Shown: positions 19,093 to 28,846, counted from the stretch's first letter. The stretch: 64,000 nucleotides of DNA from Patescibacteria group bacterium (GCA_041650915.1 JBAZKE010000003.1:85226-149225), one strand, 5' to 3'. Numbers and translations: made by a program. Notes: generated by a model from the sequence alone, not told the origin.

Positions 19093-19279
19093 CATCCAAA
19101 AGGTGTTTATGTGTCTGGTCGATTTCTATTGTTTCAAACCGGGAGAAATCCCGCAAGCCCCCGCGCTGAACTTTAACGGGGGCTTTTTTATTTGTGCATA
19201 CTTTTTTTAATCGGTATACTGTATATAATTTAGCATAATAGAGTTTCGGGCCGGGGCATCCTCGGTTGAATTTATTGGC

Positions 19280-20353
19280 ATGATAATTAAAAATATGCAA
19301 CAAGTACGATTTCCGCGGGATGAGCAGCAGCACAACCACATTATCGAGTGGTGGTACTGGAACGGGCACCTTGTCGACGGAAGAGGAAACCGCTATAGCT
19401 ACATGAATTGCCTGTTCAGGGCGGACATTAAGCGGGTCAATTTTCCCTTTTTAAAGGGGGTGCAGCGGCTGCCTTTCCGGACGGTATTTTTTTCTCATTC
19501 GCTCCTGACTGACATCGGGAAAAAGAAATTCTACCCGCGCATCGAGTACGTCGCGACAGTATCGAAAGACAGCTTCACGAGGCCGCTGCTCTACGTTAAC
19601 TACGCCGACCCGATTATCGTCGACGGGTACGTCAATAAGGTCATGGAGGAACCCGAACTTTTTACCTACCGCATCAAGAACGAGGATATCGACCTCAATC
19701 TCACCTCGAAGAAGCCGCCGCTCCTTGAGGGGGGCAAGGGCTACGTCAATCTGGTCGGCGATCGGAGCACGTACTACTATTCGCTTACGGACTTGAGGAC
19801 AGCGGGGCACATCCGCGTAGGCAAAAAGCTGATTCCGGTCATCGGCAAGTCGTGGATGGACCATCAGTGGGCGAATATCCCGTACGAAAAAAATAAGTGG
19901 AACTGGTTTTCGTTCCAGCTCGATAATAATATTGAGGTCATGGCGGTCGAGTACGGGCGGCATGGCAAGAAAACAAAGCTCGCGAGCGTTTGTTATAAAA
20001 GCGGCAAGCAGTTGCACAGCGATGCGGTCCGCATCACGCCGGTCGGCAGGGCCTGGGTCAGCCCGAAGACAAAAGCCCGGTACCCGCTCGAATGGCGCGT
20101 TGAGTTGCCGGCGATCGGCATAGAGCTCACTGCCAAAGCGCCCGTTAAGCAGCAGGAGATGCTGTACGGCACGCTCAACTACTGGGAAGGCCCGCTCGAT
20201 GTCACCGGAACGGTGGAGGGAACTTCGGTTTCCGGACTCGGCTTCTGCGAGCTCGTCGGGTACGAATCGGAGTTCGATAACATGAAGTTCATACGGACTT
20301 CGCTTACGGAGCTGATCCGGAGCGGGTACGATTATCTCGTCCACATGCGGTAA
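19280..20353 (+). CDS. CrtC/AttH-like lipocalin-fold hydratase family protein
   Basis: H..IEWWYWNG, YYYS, GKSWMDHQW, WNWFSFQL, YWEG. Confidence 0.85.
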   Translation: MIIKNMQQVRFPRDEQQHNHIIEWWYWNGHLVDGRGNRYSYMNCLFRADIKRVNFPFLKGVQRLPFRTVFFSHSLLTDIGKKKFYPRIEYVATVSKDSFTRPLLYVNYADPIIVDGYVNKVMEEPELFTYRIKNEDIDLNLTSKKPPLLEGGKGYVNLVGDRSTYYYSLTDLRTAGHIRVGKKLIPVIGKSWMDHQWANIPYEKNKWNWFSFQLDNNIEVMAVEYGRHGKKTKLASVCYKSGKQLHSDAVRITPVGRAWVSPKTKARYPLEWRVELPAIGIELTAKAPVKQQEMLYGTLNYWEGPLDVTGTVEGTSVSGLGFCELVGYESEFDNMKFIRTSLTELIRSGYDYLVHMR

Positions 20354-21033
20354 TGAAGTCATTTCCAGAACAGCAGCGTGAGCTATTCGACAAGCTTGAG
20401 CAGGGCAGCGTGCGTGCTACGTCTATTGCAATGATCAGGGACTACACGCGGGAAACCCGGATGTGCCTGACCGGCATTGCGTTCGTGCCCCAGAGCATGC
20501 GGCCGGAGATCAGCGCCCGCGTGATTGAGCCTCTCAGGGAGCGTGATGCCCGGCAGCACTACTATCCTCCGGAGTCACTGCACGTGACCATTCAGAATGT
20601 ACGCCGTTCCAGCGATCCGCCGCGATTTACTCCTGATACTGTCGCACGGGCACGGGAGGTTTTTCGGAGCGTGGTACCGCGGCACCGGCGGTTCTCATTC
20701 GAGCTCCGCGGGCTGTTCGAGATGCCGGCGAGCCTTTCGGTCCGCGCGTACTCCGATGAAGCGCTTGGGGACCTGGTTTTTGACCTGCGTGATTCGCTGC
20801 GGGCGGCGGGCATTCCCGATGATAAGCAATACGCTCCGGGCGGTGCGGTATTCGGCAACTGCACGGTATGCCGGTTTACGCGGAAGCCGAACGCCGGCTT
20901 TGCCGCGGTGGTGCGCGAGCTGAAGCAGGCGCCCGTCGGTACGTTTGAAGTCGCTGACGTTTCGCTCAAAACGACCAATGCCGTATGCGATTCGAGCGTG
21001 ACCGCGGTGATCGGGCGGTTTCCGCTCCAGTAG
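20353..21033 (+). CDS. 2H phosphoesterase superfamily protein (second motif degenerate)
   Basis: PPESLHVT motif; NCT at the second HxT position; TAATG coupling to the upstream gene. Confidence 0.6.
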   Translation: MKSFPEQQRELFDKLEQGSVRATSIAMIRDYTRETRMCLTGIAFVPQSMRPEISARVIEPLRERDARQHYYPPESLHVTIQNVRRSSDPPRFTPDTVARAREVFRSVVPRHRRFSFELRGLFEMPASLSVRAYSDEALGDLVFDLRDSLRAAGIPDDKQYAPGGAVFGNCTVCRFTRKPNAGFAAVVRELKQAPVGTFEVADVSLKTTNAVCDSSVTAVIGRFPLQ

Positions 21034-21119
21034 GTTTGTGTACGCGCAGCCTGCCTTGCGTGAAACGGGATATTGTTTTACACTGAACTGGAATAATTTA
21101 ATACGTTAATAAAAATACC

Positions 21120-22439
21120 ATGGACAGGACCAAGGTAATCATTATGGGAGCCGCTGGGCGGGACTTCCATGATTTTAACGTGTACTTCCGCTCCAAGTCT
21201 GCGTACGAGGTGGTGGCCTTTACCGCTACGCAGATTCCGAACATTGAAGGCCGTTTGTACCCTCCGAGCTTGAGCGGGAAGCGCTATCCACAGGGGATTC
21301 CGATTGAGCCTGAGAGCAAGCTCACCGAGCTTATCAAAAAGCACGGCGTCGAGCAGGTTTTTCTGTCGTACTCCGATCTGCCGCACCAGGTCGTGATGAA
21401 TAAGGCGTCGGAGGTGCTGGCGGCGGGCGCAGATTTCCGGCTCCTCGGGCCGAACCACACGTTCGTAAAATCGAAGAAGCCGCTCGTGTCGGTCTGCGCA
21501 GTCCGGACGGGCTGCGGCAAGAGCCAGACGTCGCGTCGTGTCGTTGAGTACTTTAAGGAGAAGGGGAAGAAGGTCGTCGCTATCCGGCATCCGATGCCGT
21601 ACGGCGATCTCGCCAAGCAGGCAGTGCAGCGCTTCGCGAAGTATGAGGATTTTGAGAAGCATGAGTGTACGATTGAAGAGCGCGAGGAGTACGAGCCGTA
21701 TGTGGAACAGGGGCTCGTCATCTATGCGGGCGTTGACTATGAGAAAATCCTGCGAAAGGCCGAGAAGGAGGCGGATGTGATTATCTGGGACGGCGGCAAC
21801 AACGACCTGCCGTTCTACAAGCCCGACGTGCACATCGTCGTCGCGGATCCGCACCGTGCGGGCCATGAATATGGGTACCATCCCGGAGAGACGAATTTCA
21901 GGATGGCAGACGTGATCGTCATCAACAAGATTGATTCGGCCGATCCGGCGAAGGTCAAGGCGGTCGAGGAGAGCGCGAAGCGGCTCAATCCGAAAGCGGT
22001 CCTGATCAAGGCGAATGCCCCCTATACGGTTTCTGATGAATCGTTGATTCGCGGCAAGCGCGTGTTGGTCGTCGAGGACGGCCCCACGCTGACGCACGGC
22101 GAGATGCGGTACGGCGTCGGTGTGGTCGCGGCAAAAAAATTCGGGGCGAAAGAGCTTGTTGATCCGCGGCCGTTCGCCGTCGGGTCGATACAGGCGACAT
22201 TTAAGAAATTCGGCCACTTGACGGACCTTCTCCCGGCGATGGGGTACAGCGACCGGCAGGTGAAAGAGCTCGAGGAGACGATCAATGCGAGCGACGCGGA
22301 CTCCGTCGTGGTCGGCACGCCGATCGACCTCACGAGACTGCTCAAGATCAATAAGCCTGCGACCAGGATCAGCTACACCATGAAAGAAATCGGCAGCCCG
22401 ACGCTTGCCGAAGTGCTGGACAAGGCCGCGCTTGTTTAA
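21120..22439 (+). CDS. Cyclic 2,3-diphosphoglycerate synthetase-like P-loop protein (COG2403 type)
   Basis: GAAGRDFHDFN, AVRTGCGKSQT, RHPMPYGDL, WDGGNND, VEDGPTLTHG. Confidence 0.8.
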   Translation: MDRTKVIIMGAAGRDFHDFNVYFRSKSAYEVVAFTATQIPNIEGRLYPPSLSGKRYPQGIPIEPESKLTELIKKHGVEQVFLSYSDLPHQVVMNKASEVLAAGADFRLLGPNHTFVKSKKPLVSVCAVRTGCGKSQTSRRVVEYFKEKGKKVVAIRHPMPYGDLAKQAVQRFAKYEDFEKHECTIEEREEYEPYVEQGLVIYAGVDYEKILRKAEKEADVIIWDGGNNDLPFYKPDVHIVVADPHRAGHEYGYHPGETNFRMADVIVINKIDSADPAKVKAVEESAKRLNPKAVLIKANAPYTVSDESLIRGKRVLVVEDGPTLTHGEMRYGVGVVAAKKFGAKELVDPRPFAVGSIQATFKKFGHLTDLLPAMGYSDRQVKELEETINASDADSVVVGTPIDLTRLLKINKPATRISYTMKEIGSPTLAEVLDKAALV

Positions 22440-22458
22440 ATCAAATACGTACGTTTCG

Positions 22459-22490
22459 ATGCCCCCGCCACGCAGGTGGCGGGGGCATGT
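22459..22490 (+). terminator. Terminator-like hairpin
   Basis: ATGCCCCCGCCAC-GCAG-GTGGCGGGGGCAT perfect 13-bp stem. Confidence 0.75.
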
Positions 22491-22526
22491 TATTGACGTG
22501 TTTTTCCAACGGGGTACAATAGAGAA

Positions 22527-22711
22527 GGACGACTTCCCTATAGATGCTTTGTTGGATACGCGTAGGACGCGGAAGGAGTCCACAGTCATTGTTCATTTCT
22601 GATTGGGATGATGGTATTAGGAAGTTCCGGAAAGCGCAACGCGGTCTTGTTGCCCGCAGTTCGATTTCCGTGAGGGCGGTGTCTTGCACACACTGCCCTC
22701 ATATTTTTTTT
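22527..22711 (+). ncRNA. Promoter- and terminator-bounded structured RNA candidate
   Basis: TTGACG (22493) N16 TACAAT promoter, several helices, terminator at 22671-22711. Confidence 0.45.
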
Positions 22712-22792
22712 GGAATGCACGTTTTGACAGTTTTGCAAATCCGCCGTACCGTTCCAGTACTTGCTCAAGAACTCAATTTTTCATCCATCCAT

Positions 22793-23125
22793 ATGTTACT
22801 CAATAAAAAGGTTCAGGCAGAGAAGCGATGGCTGCATTCCCGCCGCGCCGATATCACGAAGCACAGCGAACTCTGCCATGTTATTTCTGACCCGACGAGG
22901 GTGAAGATTCTCATGCTGCTCAACAGGCATGGCAAACTGTGCGTCACCGATTTGGCGAACATCGTCGGTGTCAGCATCAGCGCCATTTCGCACCAGCTCG
23001 ATTTGCTCGAGCATGCGGGCGTCGTGTCGAACAAGAGAATGGGCCGGGTCGTACGCTACTATCCGCAACTGGGTGATAACGTTTTTTTGAAGATAGTTCG
23101 TTTGACTTTGGGCAAAAGTTTTTAA
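22793..23125 (+). CDS. ArsR/SmtB family transcriptional regulator
   Basis: SDPTRVKIL, LCVTDLA, SAISHQL, GRVVRYY. Confidence 0.9.
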   Translation: MLLNKKVQAEKRWLHSRRADITKHSELCHVISDPTRVKILMLLNRHGKLCVTDLANIVGVSISAISHQLDLLEHAGVVSNKRMGRVVRYYPQLGDNVFLKIVRLTLGKSF

Positions 23126-23161
23126 AATACGTCCGAATGTAAGCAGCAAGGAATAACACAT

Positions 23162-23197
23162 ATGGCACGTAATGGACCCGGATGCGAAACCTGCTAA
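23162..23197 (+). CDS. Putative 11-aa CxxC micropeptide
   Basis: MARNGPGCETC, AAGGA upstream, TAATAA stop, then terminator. Confidence 0.3.
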   Translation: MARNGPGCETC

Positions 23198-23216
23198 TAA
23201 CGCCATGTCCGGCCTC

Positions 23217-23252
23217 TGCATCTCGCCCCTGAAGGGGCGAGATGCATTTTTT
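23217..23252 (+). terminator. Intrinsic terminator
   Basis: TGCATCTCGCCCC-TGAA-GGGGCGAGATGCA plus T-run. Confidence 0.85.
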
Positions 23253-23414
23253 CTAATAGAAGCCGTGCAGGAACATGCCGGCACAGCCATGCGCCGTTTG
23301 TACCGTGCGGGCGGGCGCCTGTTTTCGCTTGATGCCGCAGTGGCACAAAGCGGGAGAATCTGATATAATTCCATCAACAAGCAAAGCAGTGAATTCGTAA
23401 CCAACGCTGTACGA

Positions 23415-23867
23415 ATGAAAGTTTTTTTAGGCGCAGATCACGCAGGTTTCGCCCTCAAAGAGGCGCTCGAAACGTACCTCCGGCGGCATAAGTATGATGT
23501 CGTTGATCTCGGTAATACGCAATTCGAAAAAAATGACGACTACCCTGATTTTGCGTTCAAGGTCGGGGAAGCGGTAGCCCGCACGAGAGGATCGCGCGGG
23601 GTTTTGGTGTGCGGGAGCGGCGTAGGAATGGGGATCGTCGCGAATAAGGTCAGGGGCATTCGCGCAACGCACGCCAGCTCGCCGAAAATCGCGCTCGTTG
23701 CACGCAGGGACGATGACGCGAACGTCATTTCGCTCGGCGGCCGTTTCATGAGCCCGCGGGAGGCGCAGAAGGTTGTCCGGGTTTTTCTCACGGCGCCCGC
23801 GAGCACCGCGTCGAGGCACCGACGGAGATTGGACAAGGTCAAGCGGTATGAACGGAAAAAAATATGA
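23415..23867 (+). CDS. rpiB: Ribose-5-phosphate isomerase B
   Basis: GADHAG, DDYPD, CGSGVG, ANKVRGIRA, RHRRR. Confidence 0.95.
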   Translation: MKVFLGADHAGFALKEALETYLRRHKYDVVDLGNTQFEKNDDYPDFAFKVGEAVARTRGSRGVLVCGSGVGMGIVANKVRGIRATHASSPKIALVARRDDDANVISLGGRFMSPREAQKVVRVFLTAPASTASRHRRRLDKVKRYERKKI

Positions 23868-24499
23868 GCGAGATCATGCCGGCGATCCTGACGGCCAGCG
23901 TGGAGGATTTGCGCAAGAAAATCAGCCAGGCGAAACCGTACGTCGGCTGGGCGCAGATTGACATCGCCGACGGTGCGTTCGTGAACAATAAAACAATCGC
24001 GGTCAAGGACATCCCGGCCGGCCTCCCCAAGATGCAGCTCGAAGCGCACCTGATGGTCATCGACCCCGCGGCAGAGCTCAGCGCGTGCAAGGCGGCCGGC
24101 ATCAAGCGGGCCATCGTTCATGTTGAGACCGTGGCGGATCCGGAAAAGATATTAGACGCAATGGAGCGGCTCGGGCTGCAGACCGGCGTCGCGATCAATC
24201 CGGAAACCCCGGTCAAGCAGCTCACGCCGTACGGTAAGCGCGTCAGCCTCATCCTCCTCATGTCAGTCCACCCGGGGTTCCAGGCGCAGTCGTTCATTCC
24301 CGCCACCCTCGGACGGATCAAGCAGGCGCGCTCGCTCGCACCGGACGCGCTGATCGAAGTGGACGGAGGCGTCAAGCGGGACAATATCGGCAGCATCGCG
24401 CGGGCCGGCGCGGATATCGCCGCCGTGGGAAGCGCACTGTATGCAAACGATGCTTTTAAAGAAAACTACGAAGCGCTCGTTGCGAGCATGACTATCTGA
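23864..24499 (+). CDS. rpe: Ribulose-phosphate 3-epimerase
   Basis: QIDIADGAFV, EAHLMV, INPET, MSVHPGF, EVDGGV. Confidence 0.93.
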   Translation: MSEIMPAILTASVEDLRKKISQAKPYVGWAQIDIADGAFVNNKTIAVKDIPAGLPKMQLEAHLMVIDPAAELSACKAAGIKRAIVHVETVADPEKILDAMERLGLQTGVAINPETPVKQLTPYGKRVSLILLMSVHPGFQAQSFIPATLGRIKQARSLAPDALIEVDGGVKRDNIGSIARAGADIAAVGSALYANDAFKENYEALVASMTI

Positions 24500-24504
24500 C
24501 CCAC

Positions 24505-26355
24505 ATGCAAAAAGACACGAAAACATTAGAGAAAATCGCGCGGCTCGTCCGCCGGTGGATACTCCAGTCGACGACCGAGGCAGGGTCAGGGCACCCGACG
24601 TCATCCCTGTCGGCGACTGATTTGATGGTTGCGCTCATGTTCGGCGGTGTTTTTCGGTTCGATGCCGCCAATCCCCAGCACCCCAATAACGACCGGCTTA
24701 TTTTTTCCAAGGGGCACGCTTCCCCGCTTTTTTACGCGCTCTGGGCCGCAACCGGCGCATTCCCGGCCGATGAGCTCATGACGCTCCGGAAATTCGGGAG
24801 CAGGCTCGAGGGGCACCCGACCATGGAATTCCCCTTTACGGAGGCTCCGACCGGTTCGCTCGGGCAGGGGCTGTCTGTCGGCGTCGGCATCGCGCTCAAC
24901 GGGAAGTACGTCGACAAGCTGCCGTACCGCACGTACGTGCTGCTCGGGGACAGCGAAATGGCAGAGGGGCAGGTATGGGAGGCGATACAGTCGGCCGCGC
25001 ACTACGAGCTCGATAACCTCGTCGGCATTATCGACGTCAACCGGCTCGGCCAGCGTGGCGAGACGATGTACGGCCACGACGTGAAGGCGTACGAAAAGCG
25101 CATCGCAGCGTTCGGCTGGCAGACCATCGCCATCGACGGCCACTCGGTCTCGCAGGCAGCCGAGGCGTTCAGCATGGCTTCCAAGGTGCGCAAGAAGCCG
25201 ACCATGATTATCGCGAAGACCGTGAAGGGCAAGGGGGTCCCATCCCTCGAGGATAAGGATGGCTGGCACGGCAAAGCCTTGAAGCCCGAAGAGCTCGAGC
25301 AGGCGCTTGCGGAGATCGGCAGCGTAGACGAGTCGGTCCGCGGCGCGGTCGCGGTTCCGGAGGAGGCAGAGCTCGCCAGCGCCGAGGCTGGACCGCAGCC
25401 CGCCCCAGCGTTTGATAAGCCGATCAGCACGAGAAAGGCGTACGGCAACGCGATCGTCCGAATTTTCCCGATGTTTCCGGACATGGTCGTGCTCGATGCG
25501 GAGACGGGCAACTCGACGTACGCAGAGTTGTTTAAAGAGGCGCACCCCGGCCGTTTTTTCGAAATGTACATCGCGGAGCAGAACATGGTGGGAGCCGGCA
25601 TCGGTTTCTCATCGCGCGGCAAGATTCCGTTCATTTCGACCTTCGCCGCGTTCCTCGCGCGCAGTTATGACCAGGCGCGGATGGCAAGCTATTCGCAGGC
25701 GAATATCAAAATCGTGGGGTCGCACGCGGGCGTATCCATCGGGCAGGACGGCGTGTCGCAGATGGGATTGGAGGATTTGGCGATGTTCCGGGCGCTTCAT
25801 GGCAGCGTGGTGCTGTACCCGTGCGACGGCGTTTCGACCGACAAGCTCGTCGAACAGGCGGCGAAGCATAAGGGCTTGGTGTATATCCGCACGACCAGGG
25901 CAGACACGCCGATCATTTATGACAGCAATGAGCAGTTCCCGATCGGCGGGAGCAAGACGCTGCGCTCGAGCGCACATGATGCCGTTACCGTCGTCTCCGC
26001 GGGCATCACGCTCCACGAAGCGCTGAAAGCGCATGATGAGCTGAAAAAGCAAGGCATTTCAATTCGAGTAATAGATTTGTACAGCATTAAGCCTATTGAT
26101 GAAGCAATCCTCCAAAAAGCAGGGAAAGAAACAAAAGCAATCATTACCGTGGAAGACCATTATCCGCAGGGCGGGTTGGGTGAAGCAGTGCTGAGCGCGT
26201 TAAGGCATGCGAAAGTGCATGTTGTTAAACTGGCAGTAACAAAAATGCCGAAGAGTGGGAAACCGAATGAATTGCTGGATTTTGAAAGCATTTCACAGAG
26301 TGCTATCGTGAAGGCAGTAAATGGTATCATAAATCCCCAGTATAAGAGTAATTAA
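24505..26355 (+). CDS. tkt: Transketolase
   Basis: GSGHPTSSLS, SKGHASP, TGSLGQG, GDSE...WE ThDP motif, IAEQNMVG. Confidence 0.95.
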   Translation: MQKDTKTLEKIARLVRRWILQSTTEAGSGHPTSSLSATDLMVALMFGGVFRFDAANPQHPNNDRLIFSKGHASPLFYALWAATGAFPADELMTLRKFGSRLEGHPTMEFPFTEAPTGSLGQGLSVGVGIALNGKYVDKLPYRTYVLLGDSEMAEGQVWEAIQSAAHYELDNLVGIIDVNRLGQRGETMYGHDVKAYEKRIAAFGWQTIAIDGHSVSQAAEAFSMASKVRKKPTMIIAKTVKGKGVPSLEDKDGWHGKALKPEELEQALAEIGSVDESVRGAVAVPEEAELASAEAGPQPAPAFDKPISTRKAYGNAIVRIFPMFPDMVVLDAETGNSTYAELFKEAHPGRFFEMYIAEQNMVGAGIGFSSRGKIPFISTFAAFLARSYDQARMASYSQANIKIVGSHAGVSIGQDGVSQMGLEDLAMFRALHGSVVLYPCDGVSTDKLVEQAAKHKGLVYIRTTRADTPIIYDSNEQFPIGGSKTLRSSAHDAVTVVSAGITLHEALKAHDELKKQGISIRVIDLYSIKPIDEAILQKAGKETKAIITVEDHYPQGGLGEAVLSALRHAKVHVVKLAVTKMPKSGKPNELLDFESISQSAIVKAVNGIINPQYKSN

Positions 26356-26408
26356 AGAACATTACTTTTATTGCCTATATTAGTGAAGTTTAATACAAGC
26401 TATATAGG

Positions 26409-26430
26409 GTGATATCTATTAAGATATCAC
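26409..26430. promoter_or_regulatory. Palindromic operator candidate upstream of the Fic gene
   Basis: GTGATATCT-ATTA-AGATATCAC next to a TTGACT..TATAAT promoter. Confidence 0.45.
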
Positions 26431-26477
26431 ATATATAGGAATCTTGACTTTTCTATATACATAGGTATAATAGGTAT

Positions 26478-27563
26478 ATGAATAAGAACATTCAACCAAG
26501 CAGACCACCAAAGCTTCCTGCTATTCTAAATCCAAAGATTTTTTTTAATGAATTAGCAGATGCAGAAAATACTTTAGGATTGCTTGAGGGGTTACAAAAT
26601 TCATTACAAAATCCTGGGTTACTTATTGCACCACTGTCAGCTAAAGAGGCAACTGTAAGTTCAAAGATAGAGGGAACGCAAAGTACTGCTTCCGATGTAT
26701 TTATTTATGAAGCTAGTGGGGTAGAACGGAAAGTTGATACCGCAGAAGTTGCTAACTATCGGAAGGCAATCCTTTATGCTATTGAAGAGTTATCTTCTAA
26801 GAAGCCATTCTCTCTCCATCTCATTAAAAGACTTCATCAACAATTATTAACTGGTGTTCGACATAAGGGGGCGATTGGGCAATTTAGAAATAAACAGGTA
26901 TATATCGCAGAGAAGCAAAGTGATCCGATCGAGAAAGCCATTTATATCCCACCGATTCATTTATTACTGGTAGATTACATGGAGAATTACCTAAATTATT
27001 TAAATACAAGCTCTGACCGGACATTAGTACAAATGGCCGTCTCTCATTATCAGTTCGAGGCAGTTCATCCATTTGAAGATGGCAATGGGCGTATTGGACG
27101 ATTATTAATTCCATTGTTGCTTTTTCACAAATCAAAACTGACGTTGCCGATTATTTATATGAGCGGTTATTTTGAAGAAAACCGTGACCAGTATATAAGT
27201 GCTCTACATTTGGTTGATACACAAGGAGCTTATGATAAATGGATCGCTTTCTTTTGCCGGGCCGTTGCCTCACAAACTAAAGAAACGATTCAACTAATTA
27301 ATCGGATAAATAAATTACATGAAGAAGTGATGCAAAAGGTTGGAAATTTGAAGTCGCCATATATTTATAAGGTGGTCGATGCGATTTTTAAATATCCTGT
27401 CTTTACTAAGAGCAGGATTGTTCAAGAAACTAAGGCGACATATTTAACTGCAAGCAAGCTAATTGATGTATTAAAGTCACATGGGTATGTTAATGAGTTG
27501 AGTTATCGAGACGGGCGGAATAAGTTATTTGTATTTGGTCATTTACTTTCAATTATTCGTTAA
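26478..27563 (+). CDS. Fic family protein (class II) with probable C-terminal wHTH
   Basis: HPFEDGNGRIGR catalytic motif, SSKIEG inhibitory motif; AT-rich. Confidence 0.95.
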   Translation: MNKNIQPSRPPKLPAILNPKIFFNELADAENTLGLLEGLQNSLQNPGLLIAPLSAKEATVSSKIEGTQSTASDVFIYEASGVERKVDTAEVANYRKAILYAIEELSSKKPFSLHLIKRLHQQLLTGVRHKGAIGQFRNKQVYIAEKQSDPIEKAIYIPPIHLLLVDYMENYLNYLNTSSDRTLVQMAVSHYQFEAVHPFEDGNGRIGRLLIPLLLFHKSKLTLPIIYMSGYFEENRDQYISALHLVDTQGAYDKWIAFFCRAVASQTKETIQLINRINKLHEEVMQKVGNLKSPYIYKVVDAIFKYPVFTKSRIVQETKATYLTASKLIDVLKSHGYVNELSYRDGRNKLFVFGHLLSIIR

Positions 27564-27575
27564 TTTAATATTTAA

Positions 27576-28781
27576 ATGAAAACAATCGGAATTATAACCA
27601 GCGGAGGGGATTGCGGTGGACTGAATGCGGTGGTGAAGGGCGTGGCGCAGATGGCGCACCGCATGGGCGTGAAAACGTTTGCCATCCCCAACGGGTACGC
27701 GGGGTTGTATAACCTCGTCAATTTAAAAACGCTCGTTGAGCTCACGCCACAGCGCATGGATACGTTCAGCATCAACCTTGCGGGTTCAGAGGCAGGGCAT
27801 TCGCGCGTGAAGATTTCGAAAATCGAGGACCCGAAAAAGTATGAGCGCATTAAAAAAGGTTTAGAGAAATTTAAAATTGAGGGCCTCGTTATCAGCGGCG
27901 GCGATGACACGGGGAGTGTCATTATTGACCTTGAGAAGCACGGCATCAAGTGCGTGCACGCGCCCAAGACCATGGACCTTGATTTGGTGCCGTATTCGGT
28001 GGGCGGCGATTCGGCGATTGAGCGCATTGCCGAATTCGTGCGCGACCTGAAGACCACGGGCAGGACGCACAACCGCATTATGATTATCGAGGCGTTCGGC
28101 AGGTACGCAGGGCACGTGGCGTTCCGCGGCGGCATTGCCGGAGAATGCGACGCGATACTTATTCCGGAAATCCCCGTTGATTTCGCAGAACTGTACCGGC
28201 ACATGAAAAAAGTGTACACAAAGCGCATTATTGAGAGCGATATCAACGCCGGCACGTACACCATCGTTGTTGCAGAAGGCATTAAAAGCGCGTCCGGCGC
28301 TGAGCTGTTTGACGAGTCTGCGGGAGCTGATTCATTCGGGCACAAGAAGCTTGCGGGCGCGGGCAAGTACGTTGCACAGGAACTGAAGAAAATGCTCAAA
28401 GCCGATAAGGAGATCAAGGACTTCATGGTTTCGCAGGGAATGTACGTTGACGGGCAGTATGATTTGCCGGAGGTGCGCGTTATCGTGCCGTCGCATCTGG
28501 CGCGGTGCGGGTTCACCACAGCCAATGACGCGAATTTCGGCATGGAGGTCGGCGCGGGAGCGGCGTATTTGCTGCTCACCGGCGTGTCAGGCGTGACCGT
28601 GACCGGATACCGCAATGGCACGTTCTCGTACATGGATATTGCCGAGGCGATCAAGCGGCGCCTGGTTGATCTAGACCAGGTAGGGATATTCGAACAGCTC
28701 GGGTTCTGCTTTGGCCGCGTGCGCACGGAATTCAAGGCACAGCACAAAAAAGTGAGCGGCATGATTGACCGGATTTATTAA
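27576..28781 (+). CDS. 6-phosphofructokinase family, PPi-dependent signature
   Basis: TSGGDCGGLN, GGDD, PKTMD, EAFGRYAG, VAEG. Confidence 0.88.
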   Translation: MKTIGIITSGGDCGGLNAVVKGVAQMAHRMGVKTFAIPNGYAGLYNLVNLKTLVELTPQRMDTFSINLAGSEAGHSRVKISKIEDPKKYERIKKGLEKFKIEGLVISGGDDTGSVIIDLEKHGIKCVHAPKTMDLDLVPYSVGGDSAIERIAEFVRDLKTTGRTHNRIMIIEAFGRYAGHVAFRGGIAGECDAILIPEIPVDFAELYRHMKKVYTKRIIESDINAGTYTIVVAEGIKSASGAELFDESAGADSFGHKKLAGAGKYVAQELKKMLKADKEIKDFMVSQGMYVDGQYDLPEVRVIVPSHLARCGFTTANDANFGMEVGAGAAYLLLTGVSGVTVTGYRNGTFSYMDIAEAIKRRLVDLDQVGIFEQLGFCFGRVRTEFKAQHKKVSGMIDRIY

Positions 28782-28846
28782 TTATCCCGTTATAATAGCT
28801 TTATATAAAAAAATAGCAGAAAGCTAATTATTTAATCAAACTGAAT

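Noticed and set aside
22618-22632. AGGAAGTTCCGG read as the RNase P RNA P4 5' strand
   Set aside because: No complementary 3' P4 strand is visible before the terminator, and the region is too short.
21078-28762. Long antisense ORFs such as 21078..22589, 24601..25545 and 27572..28762
   Set aside because: They shadow well-supported GC-rich genes on the other strand and contain no recognisable motifs.
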